Source: Dimorphilus gyrociliatus (Eukaryota > Animalia > Annelida). Taken from it: a stretch of DNA of 64,000 bases. The stretch spans positions 3,107,404-3,171,403 of the forward strand of contig CAJFCJ010000007.1 in the NCBI GenBank assembly GCA_904063045.1, written 5' to 3'. Positions 15,601 to 31,123 of this stretch are shown piece after piece (the first letter of the stretch is position 1; the number at the start of each line of letters is the position of its first letter). The position numbers and the translations under genes were made by a program. Below the pieces are notes generated by a model, which worked only from the letters and a program-made list of their open reading frames with translations, was not told the DNA's origin and made no database searches.

Positions 15601-17184
15601 ACGTTTAGTGGTTGTTGCATCGATAGCGGCTCTTAGATTACTCTCATCTTCGTCTTCTTCATCACTAATATCGGAAAACGTTGCTGGAGCAACACTTGGA
15701 GCGACAGATGAGACTAAGCGATAAGTTGTAGAATCGGAAGATGATGTAGTGACTATTTGTTGCTTTAGTTTTAGAGTTATTCTCTCCGGTTGTTGATTGT
15801 CGTCGTCTTTATCGTCTTCGTCAGAACTTTCTACGTCACCTCCCTTATTTTTTATTAGGTATATTTTAATTATTTTATTTGAAAAGTATCAGGAAACGGC
15901 ATAGGCCTATTATTAGTTCAAGAAAAAGTATACATACTTCTAATAATTTTTTAACTTTTTCACTTTTAGCGACATCAAAGGGTTTTTTAGCGTTTTTATT
16001 CACTAATTGCGGATCAGCACCCGATTTTAAAAGTAATTTGACCAGGCGTCTCCGACCGCACATAGCGGCGTCATGAAGTGGTGTATCGTTGTCGTAACCC
16101 GGTATATTGACTTCGGCGCCATTTTCTATTAAGATTTTCGCTACGTCGACGCTCCCCCTATTACAAGCTTCGTGTAGAGGCGTCCAACCGGCGTTATCTT
16201 GGGCATTTACGTTTGCGCCTATGCATAATTTAAAATAATCCGTTTATAGAGCTAGTAAAGATAACTTAATAATATATGTTTACCAAGTTTGATCAGCTTC
16301 CTTGCTTGGTTAACATCCCCTTTTATGGCAGCTATATGTAACGGAGTTTCACCCTTGTCATTTCTTCGCTCTACTTTTTTTGTTTCTGTTTTAGGGGTGA
16401 GAGAAGGAGATGATGACCTACTAAAAAAAACATGGAATAGTTGTAAATAATAGTTTTAAGGAAACCAGCAGGGAGATTAATACCTCGAACTTTCGGGAGC
16501 GGTCATTTGCATAAGTAATTGCATCTGCTTTCTCTCTGAAACAGGAGTACGTATTACACCGGATTGTTGTTGAGGTGAGGTATCGACATGTTGAGATTTT
16601 CGTCTTTTAGGAGCCGGCTTTGGTTTATCATCGTCGTCTGTTCCAGATCCAGTATTATTACTTAGTAGGCGTCTTTTAGCTGATGGTTTTCTAGTTTTAT
16701 CACCCACGGGAGTTTGAGGCCGATCAGTTTGCTGCAGGCAGTTAATATGTAATCTATCTGCACTCGGGCTACCAATATTGAATTTAATAAGATAATTTTG
16801 TATACAATATTTTTGACCTCTTCAAAGGTCAATCAAAAAATGAGGCGAATTGTAATAAACTTAAAAATTACATTGGAAATGTTTTCTATCATGCTTATTT
16901 ACTAACATAGCGTATATAACACAATATTTATAATGAAATATCCCATATTATATATACATTTAGAACCGACAAAATTATCGATTTCTGGGATTCAAGAAAA
17001 TTTTTTAGTAATAAATCAGTCAATTAAAAATTTGGCCTACATTCTCCTCCGTATTTTCTTGGTTGTTTTCACATTTATCTTCTATTCCGTCTTTATTTTC
17101 TCCCGTATTTGTAAATACTTTAGCAGGTGACGCCTCACCAGACTGAGACGCTTCCGGTTGAGACTCAACCGAATTTGCCTCCAT
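12683..17184 (-). CDS. ANKRD11: ANKRD11/ANKRD12 (ANCO) homolog, about 9 exons, about 760 aa
   Basis: SERKQMQLLMQMT motif, ankyrin repeats (RNDKGETPLH, GWTPLHEAC, DNDTPLHDAA) and the ANCO C-terminus (HQVERDRLRLCMEQAVLRVHGRA; QKHEADALYAVQQLDW). ANKRD11 versus ANKRD12 cannot be resolved by eye. Confidence 0.85.
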
Positions 17185-17324
17185 ATCAATTATAAATCAG
17201 AATATTTTGATATACGTTAGATAATCAACTGAATCTACATAATTTTATATCCTGATTGTAAATTTTATATCTCGGAATTCTTCAATGGAATAAACGTGGA
17301 TAAAGGTACTGCTCGAAAGACGGT

Positions 17325-17332
17325 ACTTCCGG
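17325..17332. promoter_or_regulatory. ETS-type motif (ACTTCCGG) upstream of the ANKRD11/12 gene
   Basis: Exact ETS core about 140 nt upstream of the ATG at 17184; function not shown. Confidence 0.35.
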
Positions 17333-18053
17333 TGTTAATGATATGCTATTGCACCAAACACTCTAAGATATTAGGATATTAAGAAAGTAGAGCCTAAATT
17401 TTAAAATAATTTTTAATGCGATTTCAAAGAGTATGCGTTGGTTTGTCATTATATTGTAAGAGTTCGATCTCCGGCGAACCAGTGTCTTCATAATCTTGAA
17501 TACTGTAACATGGAAAAAACCAGAACTAGCACTTTGTGTAAATGAACAAATAATAAATATGTATTGTTAAAAAGAGAAAAAATATTAGAGTACATGCAAA
17601 TAGATGCACTTACTTTATATTTATTTTCAAAAACAAAAGAATATCATTCAGAAAATATTGCATAATACGGTAAAGGGAGAAAGTTATTATATAACATTTG
17701 AAAAAAGTTATCTTGAGATAAAGCAATAGCTGCTATAGTTCTTAAACAGAGTACCTGTGACATTTTTGACTATTCTCCTCATAAAGAAATTTTTAAAGGT
17801 TATGGAGTACATAAAACCTTTAACCTTTAACATGTAAAGACAAACTAAAAGGGTTAAAAAAAGGATATAATGATGGTAAATTGATAGGATTAGTAAAAAC
17901 CCAATAAAATATAGTATAATACAATATAATATCAATAATTATATTCAGTGTGTAGGTATATATTAGTATATATATATATATATATATATATATTAGTATT
18001 ATGTATTTCATTTAGAAGACAAATTCATTTCAACACAGCTACATTATTCATGT

Positions 18054-18616
18054 TTAGAAAGGACTAATATGAATTCGACGGGTCGAGATGTTTTCCTGGT
18101 TGCTATAGGAAGCTATTTCATGAAAAACGTTACATCGAATCTCTTCCCACAAGTTTGTTTTGAATAATTGATGATTAGATTGACAAGATGTAACCGAAAT
18201 TGATGTATTTTTGTTACAATCCTTAATGATATCTTCCACCGGATACGATTGGGTTTCTTCTGTTGAATTTTCAACATTTGCAGAGTAATTTAACATCTCC
18301 ATCTTATCCAGTACAACCTTAAAAGATATATGTATTGTCTTTATATAGATATTAATATATTTATTAGTTTACTAAGTATAAATATGAATTGTTGGCAACT
18401 TTTTATTTATTCATATCTCTACTATGTTAGAAGAAAGTAGGTTCTTTTTACCTTAATATCATCTAAATCAAACAGATCGACATTTAACATTTTTATTATA
18501 ACTCTTTCAATAGCCTTATTGTCTTTTCTATACTCATATAAATAGTTATAAGGAAAAGGTCCGCAGCGTAGAGCCTCTTCCTCCATTACTTTCCAATAAT
18601 CCTTTTTTGAACTCAT
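18054..18616 (-). CDS. Putative 2-exon orphan protein (142 aa)
   Basis: Exon 18616-18452 (MSSKKDYW...DLDDIK) joins in phase 0 via GTAAAA...TTTAAG to 18317-18054 (VVLDKMEML...ISPF*). No family recognised. Confidence 0.35.
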
Positions 18617-18994
18617 TTTCCATGTTCTATTGTTTTTTTTCACGTTTTATTTTAATTCATCAAAACTTTTTGTTGGTAAAGTTATTTTTAAATATTGTTT
18701 AATTTATCGACTATATTTGAATTTTCATTTAGAAGATTAATTTTTGTTTAATCATTATTTGTTTACATTTTACTCAATTTTTTTTTCAAAATAAAAATAA
18801 ACAAACAAATAAACAAAAGCTTGGTTATATTTTAGTTTATGTGCTTTATTATTATTATTATTATTGTTATTATTCTTAATCGAGATTTTTGCTGTATTTT
18901 TTTTACAGGAAATATATAGTAAATTATAATAGAAAAATTTTTCTTTGAGTCTTGTGTTATTTGATTCAAAAAGAATCTGTTATCATAGAAATAA

Positions 18995-21144
<2,150 letters not shown>

Positions 21145-21608
21145 TTAAAACTTGTAAAAAGTATTTCTAAATTAACTTTATATTTATAAAAACCTTTACG
21201 CTTGCTCGGAGATTAGGAAAACTAAATTACTCAAATTAGTTTATTAATAGTAAAACGTTCGGTCAACACAGAAACGTTTTTTTTTACATCAGCGTTAACC
21301 AATTATTCCGGTTTTCAACAAAAGTTAACCGGTTCACCGGTTATGTGAACATAACATTTTTTGGATTTGTATTACACAATAAAAAAAGAATAGAACATTT
21401 TCCATCTTTAGATCACAGTTCAAGTTTAATATCTTTGGGGAAAATGATTAAACATTTAAACAAACTTTTATTGCATTTCAAAAAAGTTTTTGTCATACAT
21501 CCCTGTCTTCTGATATTGGTTTGAAATATTGGTTTCTCTTAATGTGAAATTAAATGCTATAAGTTACGTTTTTCAATTATTTTTGTTAAAATAAATTTAT
21601 TTGACGTC

Positions 21609-24352
21609 ATGCTCCATTTTTTCGATAATTTAAAGAGAATGGTATATATCACAATGTTTTTCACTAACCCAATTCTCTTTCTCTTCTTCATAAACGGTTA
21701 TTTTAATAATTACTTATATTTCTAAATTTAAAATAATTACTTACAGATTTAGATTGCCTCGAAAATTTTAAAGCTAAAAAGCTTTTTAAAAGGGAATATT
21801 CTGATTGGTTAACTTTTACTCGTCAAGAATTTATTGATATTGAAAGTGGATTCTTTTCTGGAACAAAATTAGAAGATTTAGTTCCAAATCATTCAGGGAA
21901 TAACTCAAAATGGAAATTTATGAACAAAAATATAAACGATTATTTATCCAGTTTGTGGGAAGCATGCGCCGAGAAGTATTTTCATTTGAAAAGTTCTGAT
22001 CATTTTGGAAGAACAAGAAGAACATCCTACTGTCTCTGGGATGCTATGCTCAAAACTTTCAACTTATATTCAGTGTTTAGTGATAAGGTTAACTTATTTT
22101 TTTAAAAGGTGTTCTTGCAATTAACTTTAAAGTCACGTTTAATTAGAAAGTGCTAACAAACCAACCTTGGTGGCCTTTAGACTTAGAGTTGATGTCATTA
22201 ATTTGGATTTATATGAGTTGTACACAACATACAAGAGATATTTTCTGCCCTAAGCCATGCAAGAACAAACCTTGCAAAAGAAAGATTCATAAAGATAGGG
22301 TTGACTGGTACAATCAATTCAGTTGTATTACTTCAGGGTAAGAGAAATGAAATCGAATATTTATGTGAATTTAATGCTCTTTATTTTTTTTTGTTAGAGA
22401 ATCTTTATTTAAGGATGATTATAAATGCATATGCAAAGAAAATTTTATCTGGAATAAGGAAAAGAAGTTATGTGTTGAGCAAGACTTTTGTCAAGGATCG
22501 TATTGTGTATTAGAGAACGTTGTAAATTGTACACTAGATACATCACAGAACTTTATGAAAATAAAATGTCACTGCAAAGCTGAATTTTATGGCGATAGGT
22601 AATAAATATTTACCATCTTTTGATTTAACAATATAGAATTTGGTATTGATGGAAGTTATTTACTTTAGATGCGAAATTCAATACAACGCTTGTAGTATAG
22701 AATCACATCCGATTCTAACTGAGCTAAGGAAATTAAAAGCTAACGTTCCAAAGACTGGAGATGAGTTGTGTAGATTTGGTATTATCAATCAAAACTTTAT
22801 TGCACAACAGCCTAAATGTGTTCCCCTGGAAAAGAATTTTATTTGCCAATGTCCTCAGGGTTATAGGGATAACCATACTGAAATTTATCCAAACTGCAAT
22901 ATAAGGGATCTGAAGTGCAGATTATGTTCAGAGGCGGAAGAATGTGATTTGAAAAAGACAAATAGCTGCAGATGTCATGGTCGTATCAAAGATTGCAATA
23001 AATATGTTGACAAATGGGGTCCATGGAAAGAGTGGTCGGATTGCCCTGATTCCTGTAATCAAAATATTCGCTTTGTAAGTGCTATTGATTATAATATAAT
23101 CATAACCTAGATGTTAATCTCAACTGTATTATCATTTTACGTTTACTACAGATTAGACGACGATCAAGAAAATGTGAAACTCATGATAGAAAGCAAGCGG
23201 CCATTAGTGCTTGTTCTCTTCAAGGCGGCGGAGTGGCGATTCAAGAAGAAAGTTGTCATGGTGAACCCTGTATTGAGGTACCAAAATGGGGGCCTTGGTC
23301 AAATTGGGGGAAGTGTACAAGAACATGTGGGGGCGGTTATCGAACAAAAGGAAGAAATTGTATTTTCAGTGATATTCAGAATATTACTAATTTTTGTCAT
23401 GGCTCCCATATCGTTATAGAAGTCTGTAGCTTAATAGATTGTAAGCGTTCTATTAGACCCTCTGACATCGGTTTAAAAATTCGTAAAAGCGCGCTGGAGT
23501 GGGGATTATGGCTTCCTTGGTCAAAGTGTGGATGGACTGGTAACTGTGGTAAGGATCTGGCTATCAGACTTCGATCTTGTAACGACGGTTCAGGGGCTTG
23601 CTTTGGCTCGGCATTTGATGTTATCAATTGTTATAGTGAGGCTTGTGTTTCTTCTGAAATAGATTTTACTTTATAATTATTTTATAGAGAAGTGTTCAAG
23701 ATCATATGAAGGATTTCACGCTTGGCAACCTTGGACTTCCTGCAATAAAGATCAAACTACGTGCTCAAGAGTGCGTAATTGCACTGCTGTTGGTCATAAA
23801 CAATGTAGAGGCTTTTCCAAACAAGTTGCTCAATGTCAAAATAAAATTTGCGTAGGAGGTAGTCCAAGATACCTCTCCAGAACAATGCTTGGATTATCTG
23901 GAATGAAAATGTTTGATAAAGAGATAAACTTCGATCAAACGCAATTTCTATTGGACGATGTAAAATATCATAGACCAAAGTAAGGTCGATATACTATAGA
24001 TATTCCAATGACCTTTATTTGGTCTATGAAGATGTTTAAATGGAAACATTATCGAAGAAAAATATTCATAGGAGATAAAGATTACTTTGAAAGTCTAAGT
24101 AGTAAACTTAAATCGAAACGAATGTTGAAAAATTTTATTTTGTTTGCACCACCTATATTCGAAGCTATAATGTTACTCATATTTTGTTACTATTTCTATA
24201 AGCATAGATTAACAGTACAGTGTGCAAGACGCAATATTTCATCTCTCGCTCATTCCAAAAGTACATGGATATGGACAGCCAAAGATGAAATGGAGAGGCT
24301 AAAGCATGAATTTACTAAAACACTTTTACAACAAGAAACTGAAGGTATTTAA
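21609..24352 (+). CDS. Type I membrane protein: signal peptide, unknown N-domain, EGF-like repeats, about 4 thrombospondin type-1 repeats, TM, short tail
   Basis: Spliced exons give EGF-like CHCKAEFYGDRC and CQCPQGY; TSP1 motifs WGPWKEWSDC, WGPWSNWGKC..TCGGG, WGLWLPWSKC, WQPWTSC; hydrophobic IFEAIMLLIFCYYFY. The junction near 23960-24070 is unresolved. Confidence 0.7.
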
Positions 24353-25369
24353 AACAGAATTAAGTGAACATAAATTGCTATTATTTTAACTTGGGTTTCT
24401 TATAAACTGTTATATCGTTACTAGTTGAAAAGTCTAATTTCAAAGTCTTTAAATTTGATTTTTCTTGGCTCTAGAAGTTTTAACAAGATGACGAACTTTA
24501 AAAAGTCATCGCATAGATTACAACTCCTCTTCAAGACATGTGAGGCTTTCCACTGACTCAAAATCAAGGAATGAATTCAAGCTCTTTTTCTTCAATTTAA
24601 GTTTCATGAAAGATGGCAGCTTTTGACAAATTATGAGCTGCCCATCAACATCTAGCTAACAGCCATACATCGAGCCACAACCTTAGGTTGAGCTCCTTGG
24701 AGTCATTGCTCCTCCTCTGGTCATTGATCTCTATAACAGAACTCCATCTACCGTCATCTTCAAGTATTGAAAGGTGTAACCATAACTTTAATCCTCACTT
24801 TGTTTTCTCAAAAAAGCTTCAGTCATTTAGTTAAGATGTTAATATATATTGCTAATGATGGTTTAGCTATAATATCCCCTTTAGCAAAGATCTAATTATC
24901 AATCTATAAATTTTATTGAGATTAATTTGAATAAATGTTTAACCTCTTATTTTATCAATGATCATTAGTCCTGTTTAAATTCCTCATGGCAACCAGTAAT
25001 TCGGCAATCGAATGCCAACCATGTAGCGAAATTGAAAATTTCTACTAAACCGAATATCTTTTAACACTGTTTTTTCATACTTTTTCACTTTTCTTTCCCC
25101 ACTCAAGATGTCAGTAGGGTCTTTGTAAACAAACTTCAGTTGGGCTGGTAATGATTTAAAGGTTGTGTATTTTTTCTTACTGGAAATACAAAAATGCTAC
25201 CATGAGTTCTTGGGGCACATGTGCAATTTTCAAATTCGGTCTTACTAAGTTTAGCTTATAAAAGTTTTACTTAAATTTACAATGTATATATCCTTCCTGT
25301 TTTTAGCAATACACGATTTCCAGTAATTTGAACGTTGCACTAACGTTGTTTCGAGGTATAACAAGGATC

Positions 25370-28300
25370 ATGGCTTCTAAAGATATCGATAAGCTGACCC
25401 AAAAACTAGCGGGTACAACTGTTGAAGGATCAGAGATTACTGTTTCCTTTTATAAACGTCAAATGAAGCTTGATACCGAAGACAGCGGTTCGTATCCATA
25501 CATTATACAACTATTTTAAGGCAGTTCATTAATTTCGAATTTTACTAGCTGAAGAGATTTTGAATGAATTGAATAAAAATCCGGATGTAACTGTCTTAAA
25601 CTTGGAAGGTAATACTATGGGGATTCCTGCAGCGAAAGTAATAGGAAAGCAACTTGAAAAACATCCAAAACTAGAGGTTAGTCACAACTTTTAAGCGGTG
25701 ATCGGCATGTTAAATCAATCGAAAGAAAAAGTTTGACCTTGTAAAACATGCTTTAATTATTATGAATGAATGAATGAATGTACCAAAAAAGTTATATATC
25801 TATATATATATACATACTTTATCAAAACTTTAATATACAGAGACTACTTGCTGCTGACATGTTCACCGGAAGACTAAAATCTGAAATTCCAGAATGTCTT
25901 GTAAGATTATGTTAAAGATTGCATCGTTCTCTATCTTATAGGTATTTTTTTTCACTAGATTGCCCTAGCAGATGGCATGACTAAGGCAGGTGTTAAATTG
26001 ACTGAACTTGACTTGAGTGACAACGCATTTGGACCCAACGGAATGAAAGGATTAGTTAAATTTCTTTCCAGCGAATCATGCTATTCTTTGAAAGTCTTAA
26101 AATTACATAACAATGGACTTGGACCCACTGGTGGCAAAGTATGTATTTATTAGGCACAATTACTTTTAAATTTTTCTATAATTTACTTCTTGAAATGTCA
26201 TTAGATGTTGGCTTCTGCATTAAATAACTGCTATCAAGCTAGTAAAGCCACCGGAAAGCCGTTGAGCATAACTACTTTTATATCCGGTAGAGGACGACTT
26301 GAAAATGAAGGTATTATTGATCGTAACTGTGAATGACGGTTCATTTCGATTTTTCTATCCAGGGTCGAAGGCATTATCGAAAGTATTTACTGAAATGAAA
26401 AGCTTAGAGCATGTAGAGATGCCCCAAAATGGAATCAACTTTGAGGGAATATCGGCTCTAGCCGAAGCTTTTAGTCACAATACCAATTTAAGATATCTAA
26501 ACTTAAATGACAATACTTTTACAGAAGTCGGAGCACAAGCGATGGCTAAAGTAAACAGATTATTTTAACGTGTTTAAAAATATATTATTAACACCAAAAA
26601 TTTATTTTTATAGTATGCATTACCAAAATTAAAAAATTTAGAGGTACTAAATTTTGGTGACTGCTTAATCAGAAGTGGTGGAGGTAAAGCTATAGCATCT
26701 GCTCTTAGGGAGGGAAAATTTGAAAAACTAAAAGTAAGACAAAAATATATTTATGTAAAAAATCTTAAAATCTACAATAATGATTTATCATTTTACTAAA
26801 ATAGACCGTTCACCTATCTTACGATGAACTGGATTTGGCAGCTGGAATTGCAGTTATTTCTGCTATACTAAATAAAGATCTTGATCATCTGGATTTGGAC
26901 GGTATTTACTCAATTTTTCTTTTGTTAATAATTGTAACAATACAATACATTAAAGTATTAAGTGCTACATTGAATACTAAAAGGTTTAAGAATAACTAGG
27001 CGTAGTTCTGCATACAATGTTATTAAGACGAATAATGAGACAATGACCTTAACAAATATAAGAGTGAGTTAGATAAAGAAAATTTTTTACGAATAGTAAA
27101 GACCTAGTTTGGTATTTATTAAGAAGGAAAAGATTATAATATAGTTATAGTTCTTGATGGACTACATGGACCTTAAGTTAAACTACTCATATTTTCTTGA
27201 AAGGTCTTTAACGAATAATTGAATTTACACGCAGCACTTACTTTTTTTGATTTCTATTCAATTATTACTGAAAAGTTATTTTCTTTTTTACACTCTATTG
27301 TTTTTGATCGAAATAGCTGTAGATCTGAATTTATAAAATCTATTCTATTTATATAAATTTATTATTTCTTTCAGGCAACATGTTTGGCGAAAAAGGTTGT
27401 GATAAATTACAAGAAATTATGACTAAAGCTAATAAGGGTGATGTACTTGTGCCGTTCGATAATGATGAAGATCGAAGTGATGGAGAGGTTGGCAAATTGA
27501 TATCAGTAGCAATCAATAGACCTCTAGTAATTTTCTAAACTTGCAGGACGATTGCGAAAGTGAAAAAGTAAACGATCCAAATCTTCAAGTAACTGGAACG
27601 GGATTGACTCCTAGATCAAGCTATGAAGTGAGTACAATAGAATTAATACCAATTCGGAAATTTGTGTCGATTTATCGAGAGAAATTAAACGCTATAATCA
27701 ATTACCATAATTCTATTAACATAACATATTAAAACGTCATATCGTAGTCACCAATGTCAATTTTTTTCTTTTTAAGAATTCAATATTACTTTCTATTATA
27801 ATGACTACAAAAAATCAATTATACAATTATTTATATTATATTTTATCATCACCTTTTCATCCGAAAATCTGTGAAAGCAAAAAACAACAAGCAAAGCAAA
27901 AATATATATGTAATAAGCTCTTCTAGGATAATTCCTTGCTATTGTTTTTTTTTAAACAGAGTTGAATAAGGAATCGATGGACTATTTTAAAAAAAAACCT
28001 TCGTATAATATTTTCTGTATAAAAAGCAAACAAACAAACAAAAAAAAACCAATTGATTTGAATGTCTTTTAAAAAACTTGCTTTCACACAGAGTTTAGTT
28101 TTTTTTTCCAAAATCTCACATATGTTAATTTTTTTTTATTCTCTTTTATTTATTTTTAATCTTAAATAATTTCTTCAATAGAAACTTTTCTTCTTCGTTT
28201 GTCTATTTTTGTTCTATTTGTTAAAATAGATGGAAAATCGTTTTCCAAGTCAACTTTTGACAAATTACATATATACTATATTATCTATAAATATTATAAC

Positions 28301-29166
28301 AATGAATTGGATATTATAATATAATTATTTACAATCCTATATATGTACAGTATATATGTAACTTTATAATTATTAGAAATCTATATTTATCATCTACAGA
28401 TATTAATGTTTTGAAATATTAATTTAGGTTAAGGATATTTTATTATTTCCATCTCCAACCAAACTGAAAAATGCTAAGGCACCCGAAGTTTTCGTTAAAG
28501 AGCTAGGAGTAAGTTTTTATTTACCCTTTTTATGCTTTTTTCATACTATTGATTACATTAACAGGAAAAGAAGAATGATATCAATTATGCTATCAAACAT
28601 TTGGTAAATGTTTGCAGCATTGTTGATTCGACGGATGAGAGTGTTACTAAGAATGCGAACATTTGCGCTGGTTTGTTAATTTTTTTTATTACTATTTTGT
28701 TTTTAATTAATTAACTTTTTTTAATTTTTATTAAGATGAGATATTTAAGAGTTTATTCGGCGATGCATCATCAAACGAAAAAAACATTGAAATTACGTCA
28801 AGTATACTTATTCACTTAGGTCTATTGAAGGTACAAGCCTGAATGCATTCATTAAATTCTTAAAAAAACAATGTAAGGACTGTTTTTTTGTTTATATTTT
28901 CAAGGGAGAAGAAAAGATTCAATTACCGAGAGAAATATCAGGGTTTCTGATTGTTTTAGAGCATGTTATTAAACAAAAATACTTTCCGAGGAGTTGTTTA
29001 CAAATTTTACAAGTTTTCTTAACAAGGTAAGATTTCAATATATTTAGAAATAGCTTACTTTAATTTATTATCATATATTTCTATTTTACTTTACAGACCG
29101 AACAAAAAACTTGATTCTACTGGTAACGCTCGGCACAAACTTCTACAAACCCTATACAATCTCTAG
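25370..29166 (+). CDS. RANGAP1: Ran GTPase-activating protein 1
   Basis: LRRs LNLEGNTMG, LDLSDNAFGP, FISGRGRLENEG, LNLNDNTF, LNFGDCL; C-terminal domain with LLK|GEEK and ARHKLLQTLY. Confidence 0.93.
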
Positions 29167-30433
29167 GCAGCAAAAAGTTTTCCATTATTTTTTTTAAACC
29201 TCTTTTTTTGGACTATAGTACACTTTGTAAATGTTAAGATGAAAGAAAAGAAACTACCTTGTTGCATTTTTTTTAGGCTGATTTAAATCTATGCTTTATG
29301 TACATTTCAATAAATTATATATGGTATTGTGTATAAAGAAAGAAAGAAAGAAAGGGTAATAACAAAATAAAACTGCTTGTCAGTATGATGAAAAAGAAAC
29401 TATCATTTTAAATATAAGCATGTATTTTAACTTTTTTTGAGCATTGTATACCTTAAAAAAAAGCTTTACCAGTAATTAAAGTTGCCTAAAAATAACGTTT
29501 TCCTCAAATTGGGCTAAACCGGTAGACAATTAGGTATATTTTCTTAATAATCATCCAACACTTAGGTCACCGACCGAAGGTATACTTTTTAATTATGGTT
29601 TTCTTTATACTTTCTACCTTTCAATTAAATATAATTGACAAAGAATTAAAAAATAAATACGCAATAATTAGCTTTCGTTTTCAAAATATAGATTAATTTA
29701 TCATCTACAGCAGCAATTTTAATGAGCTTAGTCGGGAACCTCATTATCGAATGTTCCAACATGGAAATATGCTAGTTTTTTTTTATAACTCGAGTCTATA
29801 TCAATACAAAATTTATATATATAGATTCTACCTTTAATATATTGTATATATTATTGTAATTAACTTTAATTAAATATATTTGGGTTACGTAAAGCGGAAA
29901 ATTTTAGATGTAATTATAAAAGAACGGTATAAATTGATAGAAATACAGTACACTATATAGAATATACTGTATATATTTAAAGGAAATCAGACTTTTGGGG
30001 AGGTTATTTTTGTTTTCTCTCTTATATTTCTTACTCTAAATATTAATATATTGTTGAATTTTCCCATAGTTAGGAAGCAATTAAGGGATTTAATGTATAA
30101 ATATTATATTTATTTACAAATGAAAGGAATTTGTAATTGGTTATTAAATGTAATTAATACATACTATTTTACGCAATAAAGAATCAGTAATCAGTTATAT
30201 TAATAACATTAATCTATTCAGGAAATAGGTAGTAATATCTAAGAAAAGAAAAATAAATATTACACTTACACAAGAAAAAGGTTATTACGTAATTGGATTT
30301 ATAGAATTGCTATGTTCTATGATAAATTCAATTTTTATAAATTTTTCGCCTGGTAGTTTCTTAGTAGGTTAAGGCTAAATATAGAATTATCTTTTGATGA
30401 TTTCTGCTTCATTTAAGAAACGTCTCTTTCAGA

Positions 30434-31123
30434 TTGAGGAAATCCTTTGCGCAAACGTCCCTCGGCGATGAGAAAATTCAAAGCATGTCCTTAGGATATG
30501 AAGATCAGGATAACCTTTTAGAGGATGCTCAAGATTTAAAATTTGGTCTGCAATCCTATAACGAAAGGGATGATTGTCGCGCTGGCAGATCGATTATTAA
30601 CAAAAGCGAAATTGATACTTGTATTCCACGCTTACAGAAAGAGGGTAATCACCTATTTAAAACTGGAGATAACGAAGGAGCTATTCTTAAATATGAAAAA
30701 GCTATTGATATACTCGAAGAGTTAACACTTAGAGAAAAACCTCGAGGTGAAGAGTGGAATAGATTAGATAATATGAAAATTCCATTTTTCCTAAGTTTAG
30801 CCCAGTGCGAATTAAATTTATTAAACTATAACAAAGCTATATCATGGTCAACCGAAGTGATCGAAAGGGATTGCAGTAAGTTCTTCTATTTCTCATCAAA
30901 CTAATCAATTACCTAAATAGATATAAATGAAATTATTTGCGTTTCAGATAATGCTAAAGCATTTTTTCGCCGTGCAAAAGCACATGTTGGGGCTTGGAAT
31001 TCAGTTCTAGCTAAATTAGACTTTAATAAGGCTTTCAGCCTTGATAATAATATATCAACAACCGTTAATAATCAATTAACGCTAATGGATAAAGCACAAA
31101 ATGGAAAAATGCCAAAAAATTGA
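30434..31123 (+). CDS. AIP/AIPL1-like TPR protein, N-terminally truncated (possible pseudogene)
   Basis: SLGYEDQD, KEGNHLFK, LREKPRGEEW, KAFFRRAKAHVGAWN match the AIP C-terminal half; no FKBP-domain exons recognised upstream. Confidence 0.65.
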
